The notes below the pieces were generated by a model. The model saw only the letters and a program-made list of their open reading frames with translations. It was not told the origin of the DNA and ran no database searches. From Candidatus Doudnabacteria bacterium RIFCSPHIGHO2_12_FULL_48_16 (GTDB lineage Bacteria; Patescibacteriota; Doudnabacteria; UBA920; O2-02-FULL-48-8): a DNA stretch of 64,000 nucleotides. Shown piece after piece: positions 39,163 through 48,259 of this stretch (positions are counted from its first letter, which is position 1; each line of letters begins with the position of its first letter). A program made the position numbers and the translations under genes. Location: NCBI GenBank assembly GCA_001780035.1, contig MFEY01000005.1, positions 40,354 through 104,353 on the forward strand, in the 5' to 3' direction.

Positions 39163-39258
39163 TCCCGTTAGAAAATTGATAATAATATGATATTTTTTTC
39201 GATGCTTATATTATAAATTTAATGCTGTTAATTTAACTTTGAGCTATTTCTAACGGGA
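39163..39258. repeat. inverted-repeat element, copy E, exactly filling ftsE-ftsX gap
   Basis: tcccgttagaaaat at 39163-39176 pairs with atttctaacggga at 39246-39258. One end abuts the ftsE stop and the other abuts the ftsX ATG. Confidence 0.6.
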
Positions 39259-39936
39259 TCATAGGACGTATTTGCCTTTCTCCTGGTCGTAAATGATTTC
39301 ACCTTTTTCAATGGTGATCACGCGTTTTTTGACGCTGTTGACCAGCTCCTTGGCGTGCGTAGCCAGAATGACCGTGGTTCCCGTTTTATTGATCTTCATC
39401 AGCAGCTGTAAAATTTCCCAGGCATTAATCGAATCCAAGTTTCCCGTCGGCTCGTCAGCCAAAAGCAGCACCGGCTTGTGCACCATGGCGCGCGCAATTG
39501 CTACGCGTTGTTTTTCGCCGCCGGACATTTGGTGTGGGAAAGCATGAGCCTTTTCCTGCAAGCCGACCAGTTCCAGAACCCGCGGCACTTCTTTTTTGAT
39601 CATGGCCGCCGGTTCCCCGGAAACTTCCAGGGCAAAAGCGACGTTTTCGAGAGCAGTACGGTTGGGTAGAAGCTTGATGTCTTGGAACACCACGCCGATT
39701 TTGCGGCGCAGATATGGAATGTCCCGGGCTTTGATTTGGGCCACGTCAATGTCATCGATCAGGATCCGGCCGCTGTCCGGCTTTTCTTCCCCGATAATCA
39801 GGGAGATGAGCGTGGACTTGCCGGCGCCGGATTGCCCGATCAACGATAAAAAATCCCCTTTGTGGATGTCGATGCTGATATTTTTCAGCGCAATGATTTG
39901 GGGATATGTTTTTGTTACTTTATCGAAACGAATCAT
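39259..39936 (-). CDS. ftsE: cell division ATP-binding protein FtsE
   Basis: GQSGAGKSTL, MSGGEKQRVAIARAM and LLADEPTGNLD. Confidence 0.9.
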   Translation of the reverse strand: MIRFDKVTKTYPQIIALKNISIDIHKGDFLSLIGQSGAGKSTLISLIIGEEKPDSGRILIDDIDVAQIKARDIPYLRRKIGVVFQDIKLLPNRTALENVAFALEVSGEPAAMIKKEVPRVLELVGLQEKAHAFPHQMSGGEKQRVAIARAMVHKPVLLLADEPTGNLDSINAWEILQLLMKINKTGTTVILATHAKELVNSVKKRVITIEKGEIIYDQEKGKYVL

Positions 39937-39964
39937 ATAAATTATTATAGCAAAGATTTTACGT

Positions 39965-40750
39965 TTACCCTAGCAATTGTTTGACTAAGGCGATCATTTC
40001 ATCGCGTTCTTGTTTTAAAACCTCGGGCCGGGTCTCCAACAGGCCGTTTGATTCCCCAGCCGGTGGCATTATTTCGTAAACTCGGTCGGAAAACAGGGCC
40101 GGCGCCAGATACTGGCTGTTATTATTGTAAATTACCAGGATATCAGTGGCTTTCGTCTTTAGAATTTGATCCAATTGCCATTGATAATCAGCGACACTCC
40201 ACATTAGCGGATCTTTGTATTGACTGTGGCCAAGTTTCGTGCTGCCTGGGTGCAGAAACGGCGCGGAAATCGCGGCTTTCATTAAATTAAAAAAATTCTG
40301 CGAGCCGACCTTGTGAACCTCCAGATATTCAATCTTGTTTTCCCCAAGGTTTTTAACGATAACAAATAATTTGGTTTTGCTCGCCAGGACTTTGTCCACC
40401 GGCAAAGGCTTCTTGTTTTTGAAAACATCTATCAAGTAATCAATATCCATTAAATTCCACGGATGGGAGGCGTTAATAAATTTTCGGCCGGCCAGCTCTT
40501 CATAATAAATTGACGGGCCCTTGTCCGGATCGTCGGCCAGAAAATAGCAGGCATTGGGAAATCCTGCGGACATTGAGTAGATTTCATCGAATGCATGCGT
40601 CAGGCCCAGCTGCTGCAATCCGATCAAGGCTCCGGAGCCGCGCATTCCGCTCATCACGCCGCCGAATACGAGTAGGACGATCCGCCGGCCGTCTTTAAGC
40701 GGCACTTTTTTGTTTCTTCTGGCATTAATATGTTCAAGCGCAGGGTGCAT
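39965..40750 (-). CDS. patatin-like phospholipase
   Basis: Gly-rich loop GGVMSGMRGSG and the GxSxG nucleophile elbow YSMSAG. Confidence 0.65.
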   Translation of the reverse strand: MHPALEHINARRNKKVPLKDGRRIVLLVFGGVMSGMRGSGALIGLQQLGLTHAFDEIYSMSAGFPNACYFLADDPDKGPSIYYEELAGRKFINASHPWNLMDIDYLIDVFKNKKPLPVDKVLASKTKLFVIVKNLGENKIEYLEVHKVGSQNFFNLMKAAISAPFLHPGSTKLGHSQYKDPLMWSVADYQWQLDQILKTKATDILVIYNNNSQYLAPALFSDRVYEIMPPAGESNGLLETRPEVLKQERDEMIALVKQLLG

Positions 40751-41840
40751 TTATTTATTTTTTTCCAGATATTTTTTAATGAATTCTTCGAGGTTGCCTT
40801 CCAGAACATGTTCGGCATCCGAAGTTTCGTAACCCGTCCGATGGTCTTTGACCAATTTGTAAGGATGCAGGACATAGGATCGGATTTGATTTCCCCATTC
40901 GGCGCTGTGAAACTCGCCGCGGATTTGCAGGCGTTCCTGCTCCTTTTTTTGTTCGTCCAGCGCGGCCAGTTTGGCGGATAAAATTTTTAAGGCCTGTTCT
41001 TTGTTCTGCGACTGGCTGCGCTCATTTTGAATCGTGACGGTGATTCCGCTCGGCCGATGCACGGCGCGGATAGCTGAATAGGTCGTATTTACCGATTGAC
41101 CGCCATGGCCGCGTGAGGTTTTGGCTTCAAGTTCGATTTCGCCCATATCCAGTTTATATTCCGATTGCTCGGTCACGGGTAAAACTTCGACCAGGGCAAA
41201 CGAAGTTTCGCGGGTATGCGCCGGATTATACGCCGACAATCTGACCAGGCGATGCACGCCGGCCTCGGATTTGAAATAGCCGTAAGCATGGGGGCCGGAA
41301 ATTTCAAGCACCACGCTTTTGATGCCGGCTTCCCCACCGCGGCTTTCATCGATCATCGTCACTTTGAATTTTTTGGCTTCGGCAAAGCGGGAATACATCC
41401 GCAGCAGCATCTGCGCCCAATCTTGGGCATCCACCCCACCCGCCCCGGCGTGGATGGACAAAATCGCGTCGTGATCATCGTATTTGCCCGAAAGGAAGGT
41501 GTTGAGGCCAAACTGGCCGTATTGGGCCGTTAAAAGCTCAAATTTGACCTTTAGCTCGGCTTCCAGGGCCTTGTCGCTGTCTTTGGTCGCCAGGGCGGTT
41601 AGCTCCTCCAATTCATGCAAATCAGCTTCAAATTTAAACCAGCTTTCAATCTCACTTTTTAGGTGGGCATGCGTCTTGGATTTTTCACGCGCCGAATTTT
41701 GGTCAGACCAAAATTCGGGCTGGGCCATGGCGTCTTCGAACTCTAGCAGTTTTTGTTTCTTTTGGGGCAGGTCAAAGATGCTCCTTCAGATCTTTGGCCT
41801 GATCTTTTAGCGTTTTAATTTTTCGCAGCAGTTCGTCCAT
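40751..41840 (-). CDS. prfB: peptide chain release factor 2, with programmed +1 frameshift at 41774
   Basis: ORF0 encodes MDELLRKIKTLKDQAKDLKEHL then stops. The +1 frame continues DLPQKKQKLLEFEDAMAQPEFW and reaches the GGQ motif. The CTT TGA C shift site has AAGGAG 3 nt upstream. Confidence 0.85.
41771..41786 (-). promoter_or_regulatory. RF2 autoregulatory +1 frameshift site (internal SD + CUU UGA C)
   Basis: On the minus strand the sequence reads gAAGGAGcatCTTTGAC. Confidence 0.8.
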
Positions 41841-42513
41841 GATCTTGAATGATATTTTTTAATTTTTTGAGGTGATGAATCAAGTGATCGGGTTTTGTCG
41901 CCTTGAGCCGCCGGGTGCTGGAATTGCCACCCGACAGAGCTACGGTGACGTATCCGAATTTTTTTCCGATCTCAATTTCTTCGGTAGTGTCGCCGACGAC
42001 CAGGACCTCGTTTGGCTTCAGTCTATTTTTTATCACGTATTCCTCGAGCTGGCTTTCTTTGCCTCGCTTGTGCATCAACGAAGTGTCCTCCACGGTGGTA
42101 AAGCCCAAAATATCTTTAAAGGAATCAATTTCCAGGCGCTTTAGTTGCTTTCGGATATGAGATTCCATATGGTTGCTAAAAATAACCTTGTTGATTTTTT
42201 GAGTTTCCAGCCAATCCAAAATTTCGCGGGATCCGGCCCTGGTTCGACATAAACCTTCCCGGGGTTCGTAATAAGTGAAATATGTTTTACGGATTGTTAG
42301 AACATTTCGCTCGAAGTCTTTTAGTTTCATCCCCATCGCCAGCCAATACAATTTAAATGGAACAACCATCTTGTGCTGCAGCTCTTTTAGATTTGTCGGC
42401 TTTAAACGAAACTTGACCAAGGTATGCGACATGGCTCTTACCACCAGATTAGTATCGGCAAAGATAGTGCCGTTCCAATCAAAAGCCACTAGCTTAATTT
42501 TATCCTTTGTCAT
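41815..42513 (-). CDS. HAD-family hydrolase/phosphatase
   Basis: VAFDWNGTIFADT is HAD motif I, and VVGDT..E is motif IV. Confidence 0.7.
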   Translation of the reverse strand: MTKDKIKLVAFDWNGTIFADTNLVVRAMSHTLVKFRLKPTNLKELQHKMVVPFKLYWLAMGMKLKDFERNVLTIRKTYFTYYEPREGLCRTRAGSREILDWLETQKINKVIFSNHMESHIRKQLKRLEIDSFKDILGFTTVEDTSLMHKRGKESQLEEYVIKNRLKPNEVLVVGDTTEEIEIGKKFGYVTVALSGGNSSTRRLKATKPDHLIHHLKKLKNIIQDHGRTAAKN

Positions 42514-44230
42514 ATTTTTTATCCAGTTCCGCCTCCTTGACCCGCTGTTTGGCTTCGCTGTCAGCGCGGGACCAGTAATAGTTTTCGTAATCGACGAATT
42601 TCATCATGTCCGCTCGCCATTGGCTGCGCTTGGCAATCAGTTTATGCATTTCCTGGGCCGCCAGCCGGTATTGCGGATGCCCTTGCGGCGTCGAGCGCAG
42701 CTCCAGCATATGCATAGCTTCCCGGTCGTTAAAGGCAATCGACCAGCGGATGTAATGGCCATGCAGCGTTGCATATTGGGCGGCCAGTGGCGCCGTCTTG
42801 AGCATGGCATCGAACAGCTTATCGGATTTTTCAATGCAGATTTTGATTTTGTCTTCCACTCCGGCCTGGATAATTTCCTGCGGCATCTGAAAGCCGATTT
42901 TCGTGGTAAACATCTGGCGCTGCTGCGTGTTCATGCGATGCCGCTGCAAATCCTTATAAGTGCCAAAGTTAATTACTGTATCAAAGCTATGCGGATAACC
43001 TGTTTCAAGGCCCCGGCCGGGCCGCTGGCGGCGATTTTCGCGCTCTCCGACGTAGACCCGGACAATTTCCTTGCGGTCATTCTCGCTCATGTTTTCAATT
43101 TTGCGGCGTATTTTTCGCAGGGGCATATTGGAATAAGGAAAAACCATGGCGGCGAGCTGGTCAACGTCCGCAGTTTCTTGTAACAGGGCGGTGATTGCCG
43201 CGGCATTGACCGCCTTGTTCTTGAGCTTTATGGCCAGGTATTCTTCTCCGCGATCCTGCAGGTCATAATGCGGCAGAGTTGGCGGCACTTCAGGTGTGTC
43301 TAACCAAAAATGCTTTTTAGCCAGACTCGCTATTTCTTTTTCGGTTTCATGCCAGTATTTGTCTGCTTTGGCCCGGCGCACGTATTGCGGAATAGTTTGC
43401 GCCAAGGCTTTGGCGGTCTGGTTCGCAATGCTGTTGAATTCCGGCAGCTTATGCGTCAGCAAATTCGAGATCAAGGTTTGATAGAAGCGGCCATTGCCAA
43501 ACATGCCGACATTCGTCAGAGTGCCGATCGGCAGCAGGCAGCGTAGGGTATCACAAGCTTTGGACCGCAAATCAAAGTTGTAGGTGGTTTTAAAAGCCTT
43601 CTGTTGCTTCTCATCAGTTATGTCGGCAAATTTTTCTTTGGCGCCGTCACCGTTGATATCGTATTCGGCTTCGCCGATCGGCTTGAGTTTTTCGTAGTAA
43701 GCCTTGAGCGGCTCGACCAGGTCGGCATATGTCTGGAAGATAAAATCCATCGTTTTCGCATATTGCGGTCCGAACGGTGCGCCTAAAACATCCTCGCCGC
43801 GATAATACAGCCAGTTGCCTTTGTCGTCCTTCTGGTCATAAAACACGTAGCGCGTGGATTGCTCGATTGGTGAACCGCCAATGCGGTGATCCTCGATTTC
43901 CTTGGCCGCGATCATCGTCACCTTTTCAAACGAAACATGACCCCCCTCCAATTCCCCCACGCTGTCGTCGCCATAAGCGACCAATACCCGGGCAATCAAT
44001 TCATCCGCATGTTTCGGGTCAATCTGACCTTCTTTGATAAATTCTTTGAGCAAAGTTTCGCGAAATCCGCCCTTGGCGCGCGAGTAGCGGGCATAAGCGG
44101 CGCCGACGATGCCGCTTAAGTTTCTGATGGCAAAGACATTGTCCTCGGTCGAGGTGACATAGGGTTCCAGGAGTTTTTTTTCGTCGTCAGTGAACATATA
44201 AATGCGTATTAGAACCTTAACTTTTTCCAA
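42500..44230 (-). CDS. thyX: FAD-dependent thymidylate synthase ThyX, long (~570 aa) form
   Basis: RHRMNTQQRQ is the ThyX RHR motif, with ELRSTPQGHPQYR alongside. The extra N-terminal half contains a degenerate YARYSRA. The start may be the M at 44197. Confidence 0.6.
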   Translation of the reverse strand: MEKVKVLIRIYMFTDDEKKLLEPYVTSTEDNVFAIRNLSGIVGAAYARYSRAKGGFRETLLKEFIKEGQIDPKHADELIARVLVAYGDDSVGELEGGHVSFEKVTMIAAKEIEDHRIGGSPIEQSTRYVFYDQKDDKGNWLYYRGEDVLGAPFGPQYAKTMDFIFQTYADLVEPLKAYYEKLKPIGEAEYDINGDGAKEKFADITDEKQQKAFKTTYNFDLRSKACDTLRCLLPIGTLTNVGMFGNGRFYQTLISNLLTHKLPEFNSIANQTAKALAQTIPQYVRRAKADKYWHETEKEIASLAKKHFWLDTPEVPPTLPHYDLQDRGEEYLAIKLKNKAVNAAAITALLQETADVDQLAAMVFPYSNMPLRKIRRKIENMSENDRKEIVRVYVGERENRRQRPGRGLETGYPHSFDTVINFGTYKDLQRHRMNTQQRQMFTTKIGFQMPQEIIQAGVEDKIKICIEKSDKLFDAMLKTAPLAAQYATLHGHYIRWSIAFNDREAMHMLELRSTPQGHPQYRLAAQEMHKLIAKRSQWRADMMKFVDYENYYWSRADSEAKQRVKEAELDKKYDKG

Positions 44231-44883
44231 ATTAACTCATGCACTTGCTCCGGCGTGAATAAAATTCCTTTTTGGAAGCACTCCACCAAGGGATAGCCGA
44301 ATTTTTTTGAAATTTCCAGGTAAGTGCGCTCCGCCGCCAGCAAGTGTTTCAAATCCTTTTCGTGCAGATCGCGCTTTTTGCTGCCAATATAGAACCGTGG
44401 TCCCTTTTTATCCACCAGCTTTTGGGCAATTTTTGCCGGCATATGCAAGATGACATTTAAATCAGGTTTGGGGATGCCAAAAAATTTATATTCGAGCTCA
44501 AACAGCCATTTGAAATACTCGCTGCGTTTGGCTTTGCCGGCGATCTTTCCGCCCTGGTGCGCCATGTTCGCGGTAACGTAGCGATTGGAGATAATGATAT
44601 GGCCTCTATTCAGGTGGTCTTTGATTCGCGTGGCCGCGGCAAACCGGTCGACAGCAAAAAATATCGATGGAATTTTTGGGCCAAGCTCCTGAGCCGTGCC
44701 ATACAAGCCGTTCAGATAATCCTCGATCGGCCCGGCCGACTTCTTGCCGTATTGCGGGAAATCTTCCACATGGACCTTTTTGCCCATTTTTTCCAATCGC
44801 TGAAACAGCATCCTAGTTTGAGTGGCTTTGCCCGAACCGTCCGTGCCATCGATGACAATAAATTTGCCGCGCCTCTTAGCCAT
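44209..44883 (-). CDS. tmk: dTMP kinase
   Basis: GKFIVIDGTDGSGKATQ P-loop. The start was trimmed to MAKRRGKF because the track's 44952 overlaps dut by 77 nt. Confidence 0.85.
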   Translation of the reverse strand: MAKRRGKFIVIDGTDGSGKATQTRMLFQRLEKMGKKVHVEDFPQYGKKSAGPIEDYLNGLYGTAQELGPKIPSIFFAVDRFAAATRIKDHLNRGHIIISNRYVTANMAHQGGKIAGKAKRSEYFKWLFELEYKFFGIPKPDLNVILHMPAKIAQKLVDKKGPRFYIGSKKRDLHEKDLKHLLAAERTYLEISKKFGYPLVECFQKGILFTPEQVHELIWKKLRF

Positions 44884-45316
44884 TGAGCCCTCCGGTTGAG
44901 CCGAAGCCGCCGCGCGACTGCTCTCTGATCTGATCGACCTCTTCCCATTCAATGTGATCTACGGCCAGGAACATGCCTTGGGCCAAGCGCTCACCTTTTT
45001 TGATCATCACCGGCTGCTCGGTAAAGTTAAACAGCTGTAGTCGGACTTCATCCGTCGGACCGGAAAAATCACGATCCACAATTCCAATCGCTTGTGGCAC
45101 AGACAAGCCTTTTTTCACCGGGGTGCTGGAGCGCGAGGCAATGAGCAAAAAATGCCCATGGGGGGCCTCGATAATCAACCCGGTTTTAATCAGTTTGATT
45201 TCCTTGGGGCTAATTGTTGCGTCCTCATTGGCCGCAATGTCAAAAGCCGCGGATTCCGCGGTTTGGTATTGGGGCAGTTCCACTGAGGGGTCGAGGCGTT
45301 TGATCTTTACTTTCAT
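44876..45316 (-). CDS. dut: dUTP diphosphatase
   Basis: GIVDRDFSGPTDEV is dUTPase motif 3, and the C-terminus is RGGFGSTG. Confidence 0.85.
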   Translation of the reverse strand: MKVKIKRLDPSVELPQYQTAESAAFDIAANEDATISPKEIKLIKTGLIIEAPHGHFLLIASRSSTPVKKGLSVPQAIGIVDRDFSGPTDEVRLQLFNFTEQPVMIKKGERLAQGMFLAVDHIEWEEVDQIREQSRGGFGSTGGLNG

Positions 45317-45334
45317 GTCGATACTAATTGATAA

Positions 45335-46027
45335 TTAAGATTTAAGACCTACGATTAATCCGCGATCAAACTCGAGTTGCAGACAAGCCGCTTTAAAGCC
45401 CGATTCGCGCAGCCAAGCCAGCTGATCCTCTACTAAGTCGGGAAAATCTTCCTTAATGCTCATTCGCTTCTTATATTCAGCAAACGGCTCCTTCCAATCC
45501 GTCCAAGTTGCCGATTTAGTTTGCGATCTCCACTGGCTTTCATAAGCTGAAGCCAAACTATCCGATTCTATTTTAAAGCGATCCACCAACACATACATCC
45601 CCCCGGAAACTAAATTTTTATATATAAATTTGAATATCTCCTGCTTGTGGATTGACGGGATTTCATGGAGAGCGAAGGAAGTTATTGCGAACTGATATTG
45701 GCCTTGAGGTAATTTTAAATTCTTGATTTCATTTAGATCATGCTGAATTGTAATCATATTGCGCCCCTTTAGTCTGTCTTCCGCCTTCGCAATCATGGCC
45801 TCGGATGAATCGACGCCCACAATCTGAGCTGCAGGGATTTTGTTGAAAATCATTTCCTCAACCAGTCCAGTGCCGAAACCTAAATCTAGAATCATCCCAT
45901 CGTTGCTATAAGAGTCTGTAATAATAGTTAGAAGCAAATCCAGTAACCTAGCTCTCGAAGGGTTGTTAACGGCGGCATCCGCATCCCATCCCATCGCAAA
46001 TTTTGGATCGTGCCAATTATCCTTCAT
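45335..46027 (-). CDS. class I SAM-dependent methyltransferase
   Basis: ILDLGFGTGLV motif I. It sits between dcd and dut. Confidence 0.7.
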   Translation of the reverse strand: MKDNWHDPKFAMGWDADAAVNNPSRARLLDLLLTIITDSYSNDGMILDLGFGTGLVEEMIFNKIPAAQIVGVDSSEAMIAKAEDRLKGRNMITIQHDLNEIKNLKLPQGQYQFAITSFALHEIPSIHKQEIFKFIYKNLVSGGMYVLVDRFKIESDSLASAYESQWRSQTKSATWTDWKEPFAEYKKRMSIKEDFPDLVEDQLAWLRESGFKAACLQLEFDRGLIVGLKS

Positions 46028-46617
46028 TGTTTAAATTTAATCCAGCCGTTGTTCTTCAGGAAATTTTTATAATACTGCGAGGCCTGGGGCTTGGTGGCGC
46101 CGAAATATTTGCTGCCGAGTTTTTTGTTGCCATAGGCCGAGTCAGCTGGGCTGGAAAGGGGTGTAAAAGAAATTTGAGCGATGGGCATTTTGTAGTAGAG
46201 TTTAATCGGCAAAATAGAAATGTTGTGCAGCTCCAAAGTCATTTTGAGTTTGTTGCCGGGATCCAGATAACCGGCGGTAGCATGGATAATCAGGCCGATC
46301 CGTCCCAGCGAACTCTTCCCTTCCAGCCGCCCGACCATATCATCGGAGACTCCCACGGTTTCATATGTCATACCGAGGGCAAATTCACCCGGGTGCAGGA
46401 TAAATTGGCGCTTCTCGCTGATTGAAACCCGTTCCATCATATCATCGAGCGGCAGTTTGGGATCGATGCAAGTATGGTTATCGGTGCGAAAAAACATAAA
46501 ATCCTTGCCAAGGTGCAAGTCTATTGAGGCGGGCTGAATGGAGTTTGGAAACAATGGATCGACACTGATCCGGCCCGTTTTAAGATATTTTTTGATGTCT
46601 TTGTCGGATAAAATCAT
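46024..46617 (-). CDS. dcd: dCTP deaminase
   Basis: MILSDKDIKKYL...ASIDLHLG... is the Dcd family pattern. Confidence 0.8.
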   Translation of the reverse strand: MILSDKDIKKYLKTGRISVDPLFPNSIQPASIDLHLGKDFMFFRTDNHTCIDPKLPLDDMMERVSISEKRQFILHPGEFALGMTYETVGVSDDMVGRLEGKSSLGRIGLIIHATAGYLDPGNKLKMTLELHNISILPIKLYYKMPIAQISFTPLSSPADSAYGNKKLGSKYFGATKPQASQYYKNFLKNNGWIKFKQ

Positions 46618-46673
46618 ATAAAGTAAAACAAAAGACCTGCTCGTATTATAGCAGATCTTTTTACTTTTGACTT

Positions 46674-47387
46674 TTAAATTTTGACCTTGATACCGGGGCC
46701 CATGGTCGCATTGACTGAAATGGACTGGATATATTCTCTTTTTAGGCCCGCCGGTTTGGCAGTTTCCACCGCATCCATAAAAGTCTTAAAGTTGGCCAGG
46801 ATTTGATCATCCGGAAAACTGGACTTGCCGAGAATCATATGGATGTTACCGGATTCATCATTTTTGAATTCAGCCTTGCCAGTCGCAAATTCCTTGACGG
46901 TCTTGCCGATATCGGCCGAAACGGTGCCAGATTTGGGATTCGGCATCAAGCCCTTGGGTCCCAAAATTTTGGCCACAGATGCCAGTTTGGCCATCATGGA
47001 CGGTTCGGCAATGGCGATGTCGAAATCCAGCTTTTCGGTTTCCTTGATTTTTTTTATCAAGTCCTCGCCGCCAACCACCACCGCACCCGCATCCAGAGCT
47101 TCTTTTTCTTTGCCACTTGATACAAAAGCGGCAATGCGCTTGGTTTTACCCGTGCCATGGGGCAGGGTGACGGTCGCGCGCAGGGCCTGATCGCTTTTTT
47201 TTGGATCGATGCCGAGGCGGATGTGAACTTCAATGTTGCCTACGAATTTAGTGGTCGCGGTTTTTTTGGCCAAAGCAATCGCTTCGGCAGCCGGATAAGT
47301 CTTATTCTGGTCGACTTCTTTCAGTGCGGCGTTAAATCTTTTACCCATGTTTCTCCTTTGTGGTACAAACGCCTTTCGGGCTCCCAC
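46674..47387 (-). CDS. rplA: 50S ribosomal protein L1
   Basis: MGKRFNAALKEVD...KFVGNIEVHIRLGIDPKKSDQ. Confidence 0.9.
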   Translation of the reverse strand: MGARKAFVPQRRNMGKRFNAALKEVDQNKTYPAAEAIALAKKTATTKFVGNIEVHIRLGIDPKKSDQALRATVTLPHGTGKTKRIAAFVSSGKEKEALDAGAVVVGGEDLIKKIKETEKLDFDIAIAEPSMMAKLASVAKILGPKGLMPNPKSGTVSADIGKTVKEFATGKAEFKNDESGNIHMILGKSSFPDDQILANFKTFMDAVETAKPAGLKREYIQSISVNATMGPGIKVKI

Positions 47388-47420
47388 GAGTTAATTTATA
47401 ATCTCTAATTTATAATTTTT

Positions 47421-47756
47421 CTAAACCTGGTTTTCTTTTCGTATAACCACCCAATGATAGAGGTAGAGAGGCAAACCAACAATGATTTGAGCCAAGGCGG
47501 TTGAAGCCTGGCGCTGCTTATCCGAGGTTCGCTGTTCTTGACACCGCTTCTGCTGATCTTCGCTAGAGAGTGTCACGCCGCTCTTGTCCACCGACATAGG
47601 TTGAATGTCATAGTAGCAGGGATAATCCGATTTGGTAAACACATAGGTCTTCAAACCCAGATCGATTAAACTGACCGCACCCATAATGAGCAGGACCAGG
47701 CCGATAATCGCAAACAGATAGAGATAAACTTTTCGAAGTGTTAGATTGAGTGCCAT
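47421..47756 (-). CDS. hypothetical membrane protein inserted between rplK and rplA
   Basis: 111 aa with two TM helices. Confidence 0.4.
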   Translation of the reverse strand: MALNLTLRKVYLYLFAIIGLVLLIMGAVSLIDLGLKTYVFTKSDYPCYYDIQPMSVDKSGVTLSSEDQQKRCQEQRTSDKQRQASTALAQIIVGLPLYLYHWVVIRKENQV

Positions 47757-47760
47757 ATGA

Positions 47761-47820
47761 TATAGTGTTGAGCGTGGAGCGTTCAGCGTGTAGAGCTACA
47801 CGCTCTACGCTGTCCACTAT
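47761..47820. other. long imperfect palindrome/hairpin downstream of rplK
   Basis: Outer stem tatagtg/cactata, inner stem agcgtggagcg/cgctctacgct, and a related third unit agcgtgtagagc. Confidence 0.4.
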
Positions 47821-47823
47821 ACG

Positions 47824-48246
47824 CTATTTAATTTCCACGCCCATGGACCGGGCCGTGCCGGCGACTATTTTTTCAGCGGCTTCAATGTTGTTGGCATTTA
47901 GGTCCGGCATTTTCTTTTCTGCGATTTCGCGCAGTTGGGCTTTGCTGATTTTGCCGACTTTGTTCATGAGCGGATTGCCGCTGCCTTTCTCAATACCGGC
48001 CGCTTTCTGGATCAAAACCGCCGCGGGCGGGGTTTTGAGAATAAAAGTATAAGTGCGGTCCTCAAACACCGTAATTTCCGCCGGAATGGTCAGGTCGCCC
48101 ATCTGGGAGGTGCGCTCGTTAAACTCCTTGATAAACTGGCCGATGTTGATCCCGTGGGGCCCAAGGGCCGTCCCTGTTTGCTGAGATGGCGCGGCTTTCC
48201 CGGCCGGGAGCTGAATTTTTAAAACAATTTTTACCTTTTTAGCCAT
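47824..48246 (-). CDS. rplK: 50S ribosomal protein L11
   Basis: [18 protein letters not shown]...GPALGP.GINI. Confidence 0.9.
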   Translation of the reverse strand: MAKKVKIVLKIQLPAGKAAPSQQTGTALGPHGINIGQFIKEFNERTSQMGDLTIPAEITVFEDRTYTFILKTPPAAVLIQKAAGIEKGSGNPLMNKVGKISKAQLREIAEKKMPDLNANNIEAAEKIVAGTARSMGVEIK

Positions 48247-48259
48247 AAATTTGGATTAA

